A stretch of 64,000 nucleotides of DNA, taken from positions 6,281-70,280 of the forward strand of contig CAZXXC010000002.1 in assembly GCA_964644665.1 (NCBI GenBank). Reading direction: 5' to 3'. The notes beneath the pieces are model-generated. The model was not told where the DNA came from. It saw only the letters and a program-made list of their open reading frames with translations, and did no database searches. The position numbers and the translations under genes are program-made. Within the stretch, counting starts at the first letter, position 1; each line of letters opens with the position of its first letter. Of the stretch, positions 7,112-15,721 are shown piece by piece. The DNA comes from an uncultured Methylococcaceae bacterium (GTDB taxonomy: Bacteria; Pseudomonadota; Gammaproteobacteria; Methylococcales; Methylococcaceae).

Positions 7112-10033
7112 ATGACTCAGCACCATCCCGCCTTCGAACTGATCGACGAACGCAACATTCAGGAAATCAACTCGCTGGCTCGCAGGTACCGCCACCGCAA
7201 CAGCGGGGCCGAATTGCTGAGCCTGATCAACGGTGATGAAAACAAGGTATTTGGCATCGCGTTCGCGACGCCGTCGGAGGACAGCACCGGCATCGCGCAC
7301 ATCCTGGAGCACAGCGTGTTGTGCGGATCGCGCAAATACCCGCTGAAGGAGCCGTTCGTCGAGTTGATCAAGGGTTCGCTGAACACCTTCCTGAATGCGA
7401 TGACGTGGCCGGACCACACGCTTTATCCGGTGGCTTCGCAGAGCGTCACCGATCTGTACAACCTGGCCGACGTCTACCTGGATGCGGTGTTCTACCCGAA
7501 CCTGACGCGCTGGACGCTGATGCAGGAAGGCTGGCACTATGAGCTGGAAGCACCCGATCGGCCGCTGCGTTACAAAGGCGTGGTATTCAACGAGATGAAG
7601 GGCAATTACTCCTCGCCCGATTCGATGCTCGGCGAATACATCCGCCGTTCGCTGTTCAGCGACACGTTGTACGGCCAGGATTCGGGAGGCGATCCGGCGG
7701 CGATCCCGGATCTGACCTACAAGCGTTTCCGTGTCTTTCATGCGACCTACTACCATCCGTCCAACGCGCGCGTGGTGTTCTACGGCGACGATGATCCGCA
7801 GCGGCGGCTCGAATTTCTGGACGGCTGGCTCGGCGCGTTCGATGCGACGCGGATCGAGCCGCCGCTGCCGCTGCAGCCCCGATGGTCGGCCCCCCGGCGC
7901 GAGGAACGGGACTACGATCCGGGTGAAGAGCCGGATCGCGCGGACGCCTATGTCTCGGTCAACTGGCTGCTCGGCGAGCACCGCGATGCCGAACTGATTC
8001 TGGGGTTGGAATTGCTGGCGCACCTGTTGGCCGGCACGCCGGCCTCGCCGCTCCGCAAAGCGCTGATCGACAGCGGTCTGGGCGAGGACGTGACCGGCGG
8101 GTCGGTCGACAACGACAGCCGCGAGGCCTATTTTCCGATCGGGCTGTCGGGTGTCGATCCGGCCGATATCGATCGGGTCGAGCCCTTGATTCTCGTGACG
8201 GTCGCGGAATTGGCGCGATCCGGTTTCGACGCCGAGTTGATCGAAGCTTCGCTGAACACCGTCGAATTCAACTTGCGGGAAGCCAATTTCGGCGATTTCC
8301 CGCGTGGCATCGTCTACATGATCCAGGCGCTGCAGACCTGGCTGTACGGCGGGGACCCGCTCGAGCCGTTGGCATTCGAGCAGCCGCTGCAACGCATCAG
8401 GGAGCGTGTGCAACAGGGGGAACCGGTGTTCACCGAACTGTTGCAGCGGTTCTTTCTCGACAATCCGCATCGCAGCACCGTCGTGATGCGGCCGAACCGC
8501 GACTGGCTGGCCGCTCGAGAACGCGCGGAAGTCGCTCGGCTCGAACAGGCGCGGGCCGCAATGAGCCCTGCCGATCTGCAGCGTGTGATCGAGGAAACCC
8601 AGGTGCTGCAGCGCATGCAGGTGATGCCCGATCCGCCGGAGGCGCTGGCGAGGATTCCGGCGCTGCGCGTCGCCGATTTGCCGAAGCGGAATCGGCCGAT
8701 TCCGGTGGAGGCCGCGTGCCAACACGGGATCTGCGTGCTGAGTCATGATCTCCCGACCAACGCGATCGCCTATCTGGACATCGGATTCGATCTCACGGTG
8801 CTCTCGGCCGCGGATCTGCCGTATGCCGGCCTGCTCGGCGCGCTGCTGCTGGACATGGGCACCGCGCGGGAGGACTTCACCGCGCTGGCGCGGCGGATCG
8901 GGCGCTACACCGGCGGCATCCATACCTCGGCGATCAACGCAGTTCACCTGACCGAGCGCTGCGCATTGTCACGCTTCGTGATTCGCGCCAAGAGCACCGT
9001 GGCGCGGTTCGACGAACTGCTGGCGATCCTGCTGGAGGTGCTGTCGTCGCTGCGTCTCGATGATCGCGAGCGGTTCCGACAGATCCTGCTGGAAGAGAAG
9101 GCCGGCATGGAAAGCGGACTGGTGCCCGGCGGCCGGCGTTATGTGAACCTGCGGCTGCGCGCGGCCTTCAACGCCGCGGATTGGGCCAGCGAGCAGATGG
9201 ACGGCATCAGCTATCTGTTTTTTCTGCGCACCGTGATCGAGCGGATGGGCAGCGATTGGCCCGGTTTGCTGGCCGATTTGCGCCGGGTATGGTCGGCTCT
9301 GGTCACCCGCCGCGGGCTGGTCGCGAACCTGACCGTCGATGAGGCTGACCGTGCCACGCTGTTGGCGAAGCTGGACGCCTGGCTCGACGAACTGCCCGAG
9401 GCTCCGGATCGCGCTGCAGCCGACTGGCCGGTCGCGCCGGCAGCAGACGAAGGATTGACCGTGCCGACCCAGGTCAATTTCGTCGGCAAGGGGGGCGATC
9501 TGTACGCGTTGGGACACCGCCTGCACGGCTCCTGGCTGACCGTGCAGAACTGGCTGAACACGACCTATCTGTGGGAGCGGGTGCGGGTGCAGGGCGGCGC
9601 TTACGGCGGTTCCTGTGCGTTCGATCCGCTCAGCGGTGCGCTCTGCTATCTCTCCTACCGCGATCCGAATCTGTCCGGCACGGTGGCCGCCTACGACGGG
9701 GCTGCGGATTTCATCCGCCACCATCTGCCCGACCGGGCGGAAGTGGAGCGCACCATCATCGGTGTCATCGGATCCATGGACACCTATCTGCTGCCGGACG
9801 CCAAGGGATACACCTCGCTGAGCCGCTTCCTGACCGGCATGACCGACGAACGCCGGCAACAGTTGCGTGAAGAAGTGCTGGCGGCGACGCCGGAGGATTT
9901 CGCCCGCTTTGCCGACGTGCTGGAAGATGTCGCCCGCCACGGGCGGGTCGTCGTGATGGGTTCGCCGCAGGCAATCCGGCAGGCCAACGCCGAGCGAGGT
10001 GAGGATTGGTTGCGGGCGCTGAAGGTGATGTGA
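7112..10033 (+). CDS. M16C metallopeptidase (presequence protease PreP/Cym1-like, insulinase family)
   Basis: Inverted zinc motif HILEH in STGIAHILEHSVLCGSRKYPLKEPF, plus FLNAMT, GVVFNEMKG, YYHPSNA and RVQGGAYG; 973 aa. Confidence 0.93.
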   Translation: MTQHHPAFELIDERNIQEINSLARRYRHRNSGAELLSLINGDENKVFGIAFATPSEDSTGIAHILEHSVLCGSRKYPLKEPFVELIKGSLNTFLNAMTWPDHTLYPVASQSVTDLYNLADVYLDAVFYPNLTRWTLMQEGWHYELEAPDRPLRYKGVVFNEMKGNYSSPDSMLGEYIRRSLFSDTLYGQDSGGDPAAIPDLTYKRFRVFHATYYHPSNARVVFYGDDDPQRRLEFLDGWLGAFDATRIEPPLPLQPRWSAPRREERDYDPGEEPDRADAYVSVNWLLGEHRDAELILGLELLAHLLAGTPASPLRKALIDSGLGEDVTGGSVDNDSREAYFPIGLSGVDPADIDRVEPLILVTVAELARSGFDAELIEASLNTVEFNLREANFGDFPRGIVYMIQALQTWLYGGDPLEPLAFEQPLQRIRERVQQGEPVFTELLQRFFLDNPHRSTVVMRPNRDWLAARERAEVARLEQARAAMSPADLQRVIEETQVLQRMQVMPDPPEALARIPALRVADLPKRNRPIPVEAACQHGICVLSHDLPTNAIAYLDIGFDLTVLSAADLPYAGLLGALLLDMGTAREDFTALARRIGRYTGGIHTSAINAVHLTERCALSRFVIRAKSTVARFDELLAILLEVLSSLRLDDRERFRQILLEEKAGMESGLVPGGRRYVNLRLRAAFNAADWASEQMDGISYLFFLRTVIERMGSDWPGLLADLRRVWSALVTRRGLVANLTVDEADRATLLAKLDAWLDELPEAPDRAAADWPVAPAADEGLTVPTQVNFVGKGGDLYALGHRLHGSWLTVQNWLNTTYLWERVRVQGGAYGGSCAFDPLSGALCYLSYRDPNLSGTVAAYDGAADFIRHHLPDRAEVERTIIGVIGSMDTYLLPDAKGYTSLSRFLTGMTDERRQQLREEVLAATPEDFARFADVLEDVARHGRVVVMGSPQAIRQANAERGEDWLRALKVM

Positions 10034-10047
10034 CGGCGGCGGGGACG

Positions 10048-10087
10048 TCCGGCGCGAAGAGCCGACCGAGCGGACATCCGCGCCGGA
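10048..10087. terminator. inverted repeat between convergent genes, possible bidirectional terminator
   Basis: TCCGGCGCG (10048-10056) and CGCGCCGGA (10079-10087); no U-tract. Confidence 0.3.
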
Positions 10088-10099
10088 TCCGAAACCGCG

Positions 10100-10723
10100 T
10101 CAGTTGAGATTCTGGGCCGCCACCATGAAGTAGAGCATCGGAATCGAGAACATCGTGTTGAACCGGCTGGTCAGCATCGCGATCCGTGCAGCCGCCTTCT
10201 TCTCTTCGTCTTCGGCGGGAACCAGGCCGAGCACCTTCTGTTGATTCGGCCAGATGATGTTCCAGACATTGAACGCCATAATCAGCCCGAGCCACATGCC
10301 GATGCCGATGTAGAGGGTCGGCCCGCTCTTGAAGTAGCCGAGTAGCAGAGCCTCGATGATGTAGCCGTTCAGCCCGCCCAGGACCAGACCGGTCACCACC
10401 GTCGCCAGGGCTGCCCACCGAAACCAGAACAGCGCCGCCGGCGCGATCACCTTGCCGATCGCGGGTTTCTGCTCATCCGGAATCTTCGGCATCGAAGGAA
10501 TCTGCACGAAATTGAAATACCACAGCAGCCCGATCCACATCACGCCGGATAGCACGTGCATCCATCGGAACAGAAAGGTCAGCCAATCCCTGGAGAGCTG
10601 GACGCTGCCGGTGGCGAAAGCCAAGGCGGCGACGAGGACGGCGCCGAACAGCAGAGCGCGTTCCAGTTTGTCCAGGCCCAGTGGAGCCAGGGCGTTGATC
10701 AACTTCATCATCACGATTCGCAT
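10100..10723 (-). CDS. urate hydroxylase PuuD-like (Urate_ox_N) membrane protein without cytochrome c domain
   Basis: FRWMHVLSGVMWIGLLWYFNFVQ, ALFWFRWAAL, MAFNVWNIIWPNQQKVLG and SRFNTMFSIPMLYFM. Confidence 0.8.
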   Translation of the reverse strand: MRIVMMKLINALAPLGLDKLERALLFGAVLVAALAFATGSVQLSRDWLTFLFRWMHVLSGVMWIGLLWYFNFVQIPSMPKIPDEQKPAIGKVIAPAALFWFRWAALATVVTGLVLGGLNGYIIEALLLGYFKSGPTLYIGIGMWLGLIMAFNVWNIIWPNQQKVLGLVPAEDEEKKAAARIAMLTSRFNTMFSIPMLYFMVAAQNLN

Positions 10724-10980
10724 AAATTTTCTCCCGACGCACTGATCAAATCCAAGGTGTTGCCCGACTTTCAGGCACGCAACAGGTTATTGCCAACGAC
10801 GACGATGAGCAAACGTTTTTGTGAGCGGGCGGGGCACCTGAGCGCAAGACGCGCCAACCGGCCGTCGTATCGGTGAAACCTGCGCGCCGCCTCGCGCGCA
10901 GCCGGGCGCTTCCCAGCCAAATCGGCACACCGATCGGCAGAAAGTTGCCTGAACTTCGCCGGGGGACTACCATCCGCGCC

Positions 10981-11490
10981 ATGGTGGTCGATGTGTTCGC
11001 CTATGGTTCGTTGCAGATTCCGGCGCTCATGCATGCGGTGTCTCGTCGCCGCTTCGTCAGTCAACCGGCATTGCTCAGGGACCATCGCACGTACCGGCTG
11101 CGGGAGCGATGCTATCCGGGGCTTCGCCATCGTCCCGGCGCCTGTACCGAAGGGGTGTTGTACCGAGGCGTAGACCGACAGGCGTTGCGTCGTCTCGATC
11201 GGTTCGAGGATGACTTCTACCGCCGGCGCCGCTTGCCGGTCGCGGTCGACTCCGGGAAGGCGGTACCGGCCGAGGTCTATCTGATTCCACCGCAACATTA
11301 TCGGCTGCTGGAACCTCGCGGCTGGTCGCTGCAACGGTTCCGGCGCTGCGTGCTGAAGCGGTTCCTGCGAGCCAGTCGGTGCCGGATGTCGGCGGCCTGT
11401 TCCATCGGAGAAGCGCCGGCCTGCGCACGATGGGCTGGGGCCGGGGCTTCTGCGGGCGCAAGGCGCACTTGGCCATCCTCGAGAGGGTGA
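10981..11490 (+). CDS. gamma-glutamylcyclotransferase (AIG2-like) family protein
   Basis: VFAYGSL N-terminal motif, YPGL, EGVLY and LDRFEDDFYRR; ATG 10981. Confidence 0.8.
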   Translation: MVVDVFAYGSLQIPALMHAVSRRRFVSQPALLRDHRTYRLRERCYPGLRHRPGACTEGVLYRGVDRQALRRLDRFEDDFYRRRRLPVAVDSGKAVPAEVYLIPPQHYRLLEPRGWSLQRFRRCVLKRFLRASRCRMSAACSIGEAPACARWAGAGASAGARRTWPSSRG

Positions 11491-11542
11491 GTGGTGGACC
11501 CGAACGATATGCGGATCAAACCGAAGGGGTAAAACAACAAGC

Positions 11543-11878
11543 ATGAACGTCGAAGTCGAGCATGGCGAACCTTGGACCGTACTGAGAGTGCTGGAGGAGC
11601 GGATCGACGCCCATAATTCGGGTGAATTGAAAAGCCATTTGCTGGATTTGCTGGAAAAGAACGTGGCATCGCTGGCGGTCGATCTGAGTCCGGTTCGGTT
11701 TATCGACAGTTCTGGTCTTGGTGCGCTGCTGGCCGGCTACAAGAACGCGAACCTGCGTCAGGCCAGGCTGCTGTTGGTGGGGGTACAGCCCCGCGTGCAA
11801 TCCATGTTCGAGCTGACCCGGCTCCATCACGTCTTCGAGATCGTCGGCCGCCTGGACGAGGTGGCCAGTATTCCGTAG
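11543..11878 (+). CDS. STAS-domain anti-sigma factor antagonist (RsbV/SpoIIAA-like)
   Basis: VDLSPVRFIDSSGLGALL carries the phosphorylatable Ser; 111 aa. Confidence 0.92.
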   Translation: MNVEVEHGEPWTVLRVLEERIDAHNSGELKSHLLDLLEKNVASLAVDLSPVRFIDSSGLGALLAGYKNANLRQARLLLVGVQPRVQSMFELTRLHHVFEIVGRLDEVASIP

Positions 11879-11889
11879 GCAAGCCACGA

Positions 11890-12318
11890 ATGGAACCGCA
11901 CTGCATCGCCGTCGACATCGTCGTTCCGAATCGAACGGAGTACCTGGCGCTGGTCGGGAACATCGCGGAATGTCTGGCGCGCAGCCTGGAAGCCTATTCC
12001 GGCGACCGCGAGGCGCTCGCGTTCGACCTCAATGTGGTTCTGACCGAGGCGGTCGGGAACGCCATCGAGCACGGGTCGGCGGTGAGTTCGTCCACGACTC
12101 TGCGAGTCTGCATCGACATCGAAGACGAAGTCCTCTCCATCCAGGTTCACGACAGCGGGCAGGGGTTTGCACTGGACGAATTGGCGGCGCCCGACCCGGG
12201 TGGGCTGGAGGAAAGCGGCCGCGGGATTTTTCTGATTCGCGCGCTGATGGATTCGGTGACCTACCGCAGGACGCCGTCCGGGAACGTTCTGGAGATGCAG
12301 AAGAAGTTGAGCGGATGA
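11890..12318 (+). CDS. RsbW/SpoIIAB-like GHKL Ser kinase / anti-sigma factor
   Basis: N box EAVGNAIEHG, G1 VHDSGQGF and G2 ESGRGIFLIRALMDSV. Confidence 0.92.
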   Translation: MEPHCIAVDIVVPNRTEYLALVGNIAECLARSLEAYSGDREALAFDLNVVLTEAVGNAIEHGSAVSSSTTLRVCIDIEDEVLSIQVHDSGQGFALDELAAPDPGGLEESGRGIFLIRALMDSVTYRRTPSGNVLEMQKKLSG

Positions 12319-12379
12319 TCCCTGCGATGGGCGGGTCATCGTCGGTGCGGCGCGATTCCTGTCCGACTTTCGACCAGCG

Positions 12380-15300
12380 GTGGATCTAGTGGAATCGCGC
12401 CGACGTTGCGGGTTCCGTGCGGCCAGTTGGGAGGATCGGTTCGAGCGGCTATTGCGACGCTGTGCCGGTCCGGAACACTGCCGGCGTTTGCTGACCCCTT
12501 TCCTGAGCCGCTTCGGCCCCGATTACCGATTGCGTCTGACGCCCGCTGCCGCGGTGCGCGACTGCCTGAACATCGCCGCGCTGACAGCGGACCGACCGGA
12601 AATGTTGGACTTCCGCTTCGGAACCGCGGCCGGGCGTACCGATCATCTGCAGTGGATCAGCCGTCAGCAGCGACCGCTGGACCAGTGCATGCCGCTGATC
12701 GCAAATAGCGGCCTTCGGGTTTTGGACCAGATCCAGTTCAGCGCCGAGTTCGACAGCGGCACCGTGTATGTTCGGAGCTTTGCCGTCGTGGCCGGGTGTG
12801 GTAGTTCGATGCCGCTGCGTCCGGCAAAGCGGCGCTTGCTCGATGCGCTGCAAGCGGTGCTGCAAGGACTGGCCGAGAACGATGCACTGAACGAACTGGC
12901 GGTCAGCGGCGGCCTCATGTGGCAGCAGGTGGATATCCTGAGGGCCTATTGCCACTACGCCGGCCAGTTGGGAGGTGCGTCCCGGCGGCGACGCGCCGAG
13001 CAGGCGCTGGTCGGTCATCCGGTGACTGCGAGGCTGCTGTTCCAGTACTTCGAAGCGCGATTCAGCCCGGCGCTCGGGTCTTCGGATCTCCGCCAACGCG
13101 AGGAATGCCTGCTGGAGCCGTTGCGCATCAAGCTGGCGGCGGCGCTGAACACGGTGACCGAGGTCGGCGACGACCGTGCGCTGCGCGACCTGTTCAATCT
13201 GATCGATGCGACGCTGCGAACCAATGCGTACCGGAGTCCGCACCTGGCGGATTCGGTGTTGGCGCTCAAGATCGATTCGTTCGGCGTCATCGACATGACC
13301 GTACCGCGTCCCGCCTGGGAAGTTTATGTGCACGCCGCGGAATTCGAGGGCATCCACTTGCGGGGGGCGAAAGTGGCGCGCGGCGGCATCCGCTGGTCCG
13401 ACCGCCGCGAGGATCTGCGCATCGAGATTCTCGATTTGCAGCAGACCCAGATGATCAAGAACGCGTTGATCGTTCCGCAAGGTGCGAAGGGTGGATTCGT
13501 GTTGAAGACGCCGTCACCCGAAGCGGAGGGGCGGGCGGCAGCGGGACAGCGTGTCTACCGCCGCTTCATCCGCGGCTTACTCGAAGTAACCGATCGAGCA
13601 CCGGGCGAAATCGCGCCGGCGGATGCATCGGTGCTGGCCTACGACGGGTCGGATCCTTATCTGGTCGTTGCGGCCGACAAGGGGACCGCCGGATTCTCGG
13701 ATGCCGCCAACGAAGTCGCCGAGCAGCACGGGTTCTGGTTGGGGGATGCGTTCGCCAGCGGCGGGTCCAGGGGCTTCAGCCACAAGCGATTCGGAATCAC
13801 CGCGCGCGGCGCCTGGGAGTGTGTCCGCCGGCACTTCCGGGAGATGAATCGCGATGCCGATCGGGAGCGCATCTCGGTGGTCGGTATCGGCAGCATGGAC
13901 GGCGACGTATTCGGGAACGGCATGTTGCTGTCCCGCAATATCCGGCTGCTCGGCGCTTTCTCCTCGCACCATATTTTTCTCGATCCAGACCCGGATACGG
14001 AACGGTCGTTTCGCGAACGTCAGCGGCTCTTCGAGCTTCCTGCCTCCACCTGGGATTGCTATGACCGCAGCCTGATCTCCGCCGGCGGCGGCGTCTATGC
14101 GCGCAGTGCGAAGCAGATTCCGCTGGCGCCGGAAGTCCGGCGCTGGTTGGGTGTGCGGCACGAAACGGTCGACGCCGAGGGCCTGGTGAGATTGCTGCTG
14201 GCGGCACCGGTCGATTTGCTCTGGTTGGGCGGTATCGGGACCTACGTTCGGGGAACGGATGAGAACGACGATGAGGTCGGCGATCACGCCAATGATGCCG
14301 TGCGGGTGGATGCCGGCCAATTGCGCGCCAAGGTGGTCGGCGAGGGTGCCAATCTCGGGATGACCCAACGGGCGCGGATCGACTATTCGCTGCAAGGTGG
14401 GCGGGTCAACATGGATGCGTTGGACAATTCGGCCGGCGTCGATTTGTCCGATCACGAGGTCAACCTGAAGATTCTGCTGCGCCAGGTGATGGCAGAAGGC
14501 CTGATCGCGGATGCCGCCGAGCGGGATGCGCTGCTGCAGGAACTGGCGATGGATGTTTGCGCCGGCGTTCTGGCCCACAACGTCAGCCAGAGTCTGTGCG
14601 TGTCGCTGGACCAGGTCCGCTGCCGGCGTGAGCCGGACGCGTTCCTGAAATTGGCGGAACGCTGGGCGAATTCCGGCATGCTGGACCGGGAACGTGCGGA
14701 GTTCCCGGTCCGTGGCGAGATCCTGGCGCGCGCCGATCCCTGCCTGACCCGGCCCGAGCTGACCGTTCTGCTGGCCAGGTCGAAACTGGTGCTGAAATCA
14801 CTGCTTTCGCAGGCGCGGGGAATCCTGCAGCCGGCCGCGTTCGCCGACTTATACCAGAGCTACTTCCCTCTTCGTATCCGCAGCGCTTTCGGTGACTGCT
14901 TGGGCCGACACCCGTTGGCTTACGAGATCACCGTCAGCCAGATCTGCAATACGGTCATTGACCGGGCCGGCGTCTCGTTTCTCACCTGGCTGGATGAACC
15001 GACGCCGGCACTGATGACCCGTGCCGTGCTGCTGTACCGTCTGTTCGATCGGATGCTCGATGCAACCGAACTGTGGATCGCCGTTCGGGCGACGGCGGAT
15101 CAGTCGCCCGATGTGGAACTGCAACGGTTGCTTGCGGTGGAGGACGGACTGGCGTTGCTCTGTCGCTGGGGCTTGCGGAACGCGCGGCGGGTTCGACTGG
15201 ATGAACCGTCGCTGTCGCGCTGGCGGGCGGATTGGGAGGATTACCGGGATTTCATCACGGCCGGGACCGCCGATTCGCCGGGTGATCCGGTCGCGGCATT

Positions 15301-15721
15301 GCCGGCGCTGGAATCGATGGCCTCTTTTCCGTGGATCGCGGAAATCAAGCGGCGGGCCGGATGTTCGATCCGGCGTGCCGGTGAATGTTATTTCGGCGTC
15401 GCCGGGTGGTTCGGATGGCCGCAGATGGCAGGGCTGCTGGTTGGCCCGGCAGCGGGTGGGCTCGAACGGCAGGCTCGGACCGCGCTCGGTGAACGCCTGT
15501 TGGGTAGCTTTTGCCGACTGAGTCTCGCGGTGCTCGCCGCGGACGACCCGGATCCGCAGCGCTTCTTCGAGCAGTGCAACAAACGGGGGCAGTTGACCCG
15601 CGTGCCGAAGTTGCGACGACAATGGGCCGCGGCCCCGACCGCAGTGGACATTCTGGTCATGTTGCTGGCCGATGCCGAAGCTGCGGCCGACGAGTGCGTC
15701 GACCCGCTAGAGGATCTTTAG
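12380..15721 (+). CDS. large-type NAD-glutamate dehydrogenase, N-terminally shortened (1113 aa)
   Basis: ARGGIRWSDRRED, QMIKNALIVPQGAKGGF, DPYLVVAADKGTAGFSD, WLGDAFASGGSRG, GITARGAW, GEGANLG and DNSAGVDLSDHEVNLKI; start uncertain. Confidence 0.88.
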   Translation: MDLVESRRRCGFRAASWEDRFERLLRRCAGPEHCRRLLTPFLSRFGPDYRLRLTPAAAVRDCLNIAALTADRPEMLDFRFGTAAGRTDHLQWISRQQRPLDQCMPLIANSGLRVLDQIQFSAEFDSGTVYVRSFAVVAGCGSSMPLRPAKRRLLDALQAVLQGLAENDALNELAVSGGLMWQQVDILRAYCHYAGQLGGASRRRRAEQALVGHPVTARLLFQYFEARFSPALGSSDLRQREECLLEPLRIKLAAALNTVTEVGDDRALRDLFNLIDATLRTNAYRSPHLADSVLALKIDSFGVIDMTVPRPAWEVYVHAAEFEGIHLRGAKVARGGIRWSDRREDLRIEILDLQQTQMIKNALIVPQGAKGGFVLKTPSPEAEGRAAAGQRVYRRFIRGLLEVTDRAPGEIAPADASVLAYDGSDPYLVVAADKGTAGFSDAANEVAEQHGFWLGDAFASGGSRGFSHKRFGITARGAWECVRRHFREMNRDADRERISVVGIGSMDGDVFGNGMLLSRNIRLLGAFSSHHIFLDPDPDTERSFRERQRLFELPASTWDCYDRSLISAGGGVYARSAKQIPLAPEVRRWLGVRHETVDAEGLVRLLLAAPVDLLWLGGIGTYVRGTDENDDEVGDHANDAVRVDAGQLRAKVVGEGANLGMTQRARIDYSLQGGRVNMDALDNSAGVDLSDHEVNLKILLRQVMAEGLIADAAERDALLQELAMDVCAGVLAHNVSQSLCVSLDQVRCRREPDAFLKLAERWANSGMLDRERAEFPVRGEILARADPCLTRPELTVLLARSKLVLKSLLSQARGILQPAAFADLYQSYFPLRIRSAFGDCLGRHPLAYEITVSQICNTVIDRAGVSFLTWLDEPTPALMTRAVLLYRLFDRMLDATELWIAVRATADQSPDVELQRLLAVEDGLALLCRWGLRNARRVRLDEPSLSRWRADWEDYRDFITAGTADSPGDPVAALPALESMASFPWIAEIKRRAGCSIRRAGECYFGVAGWFGWPQMAGLLVGPAAGGLERQARTALGERLLGSFCRLSLAVLAADDPDPQRFFEQCNKRGQLTRVPKLRRQWAAAPTAVDILVMLLADAEAAADECVDPLEDL

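Noticed and set aside
5978-8947. 989-aa minus-strand ORF
   Set aside because: Antisense to the DHCR24 and PreP genes with no motifs; a stop-poor shadow frame typical of high-GC DNA
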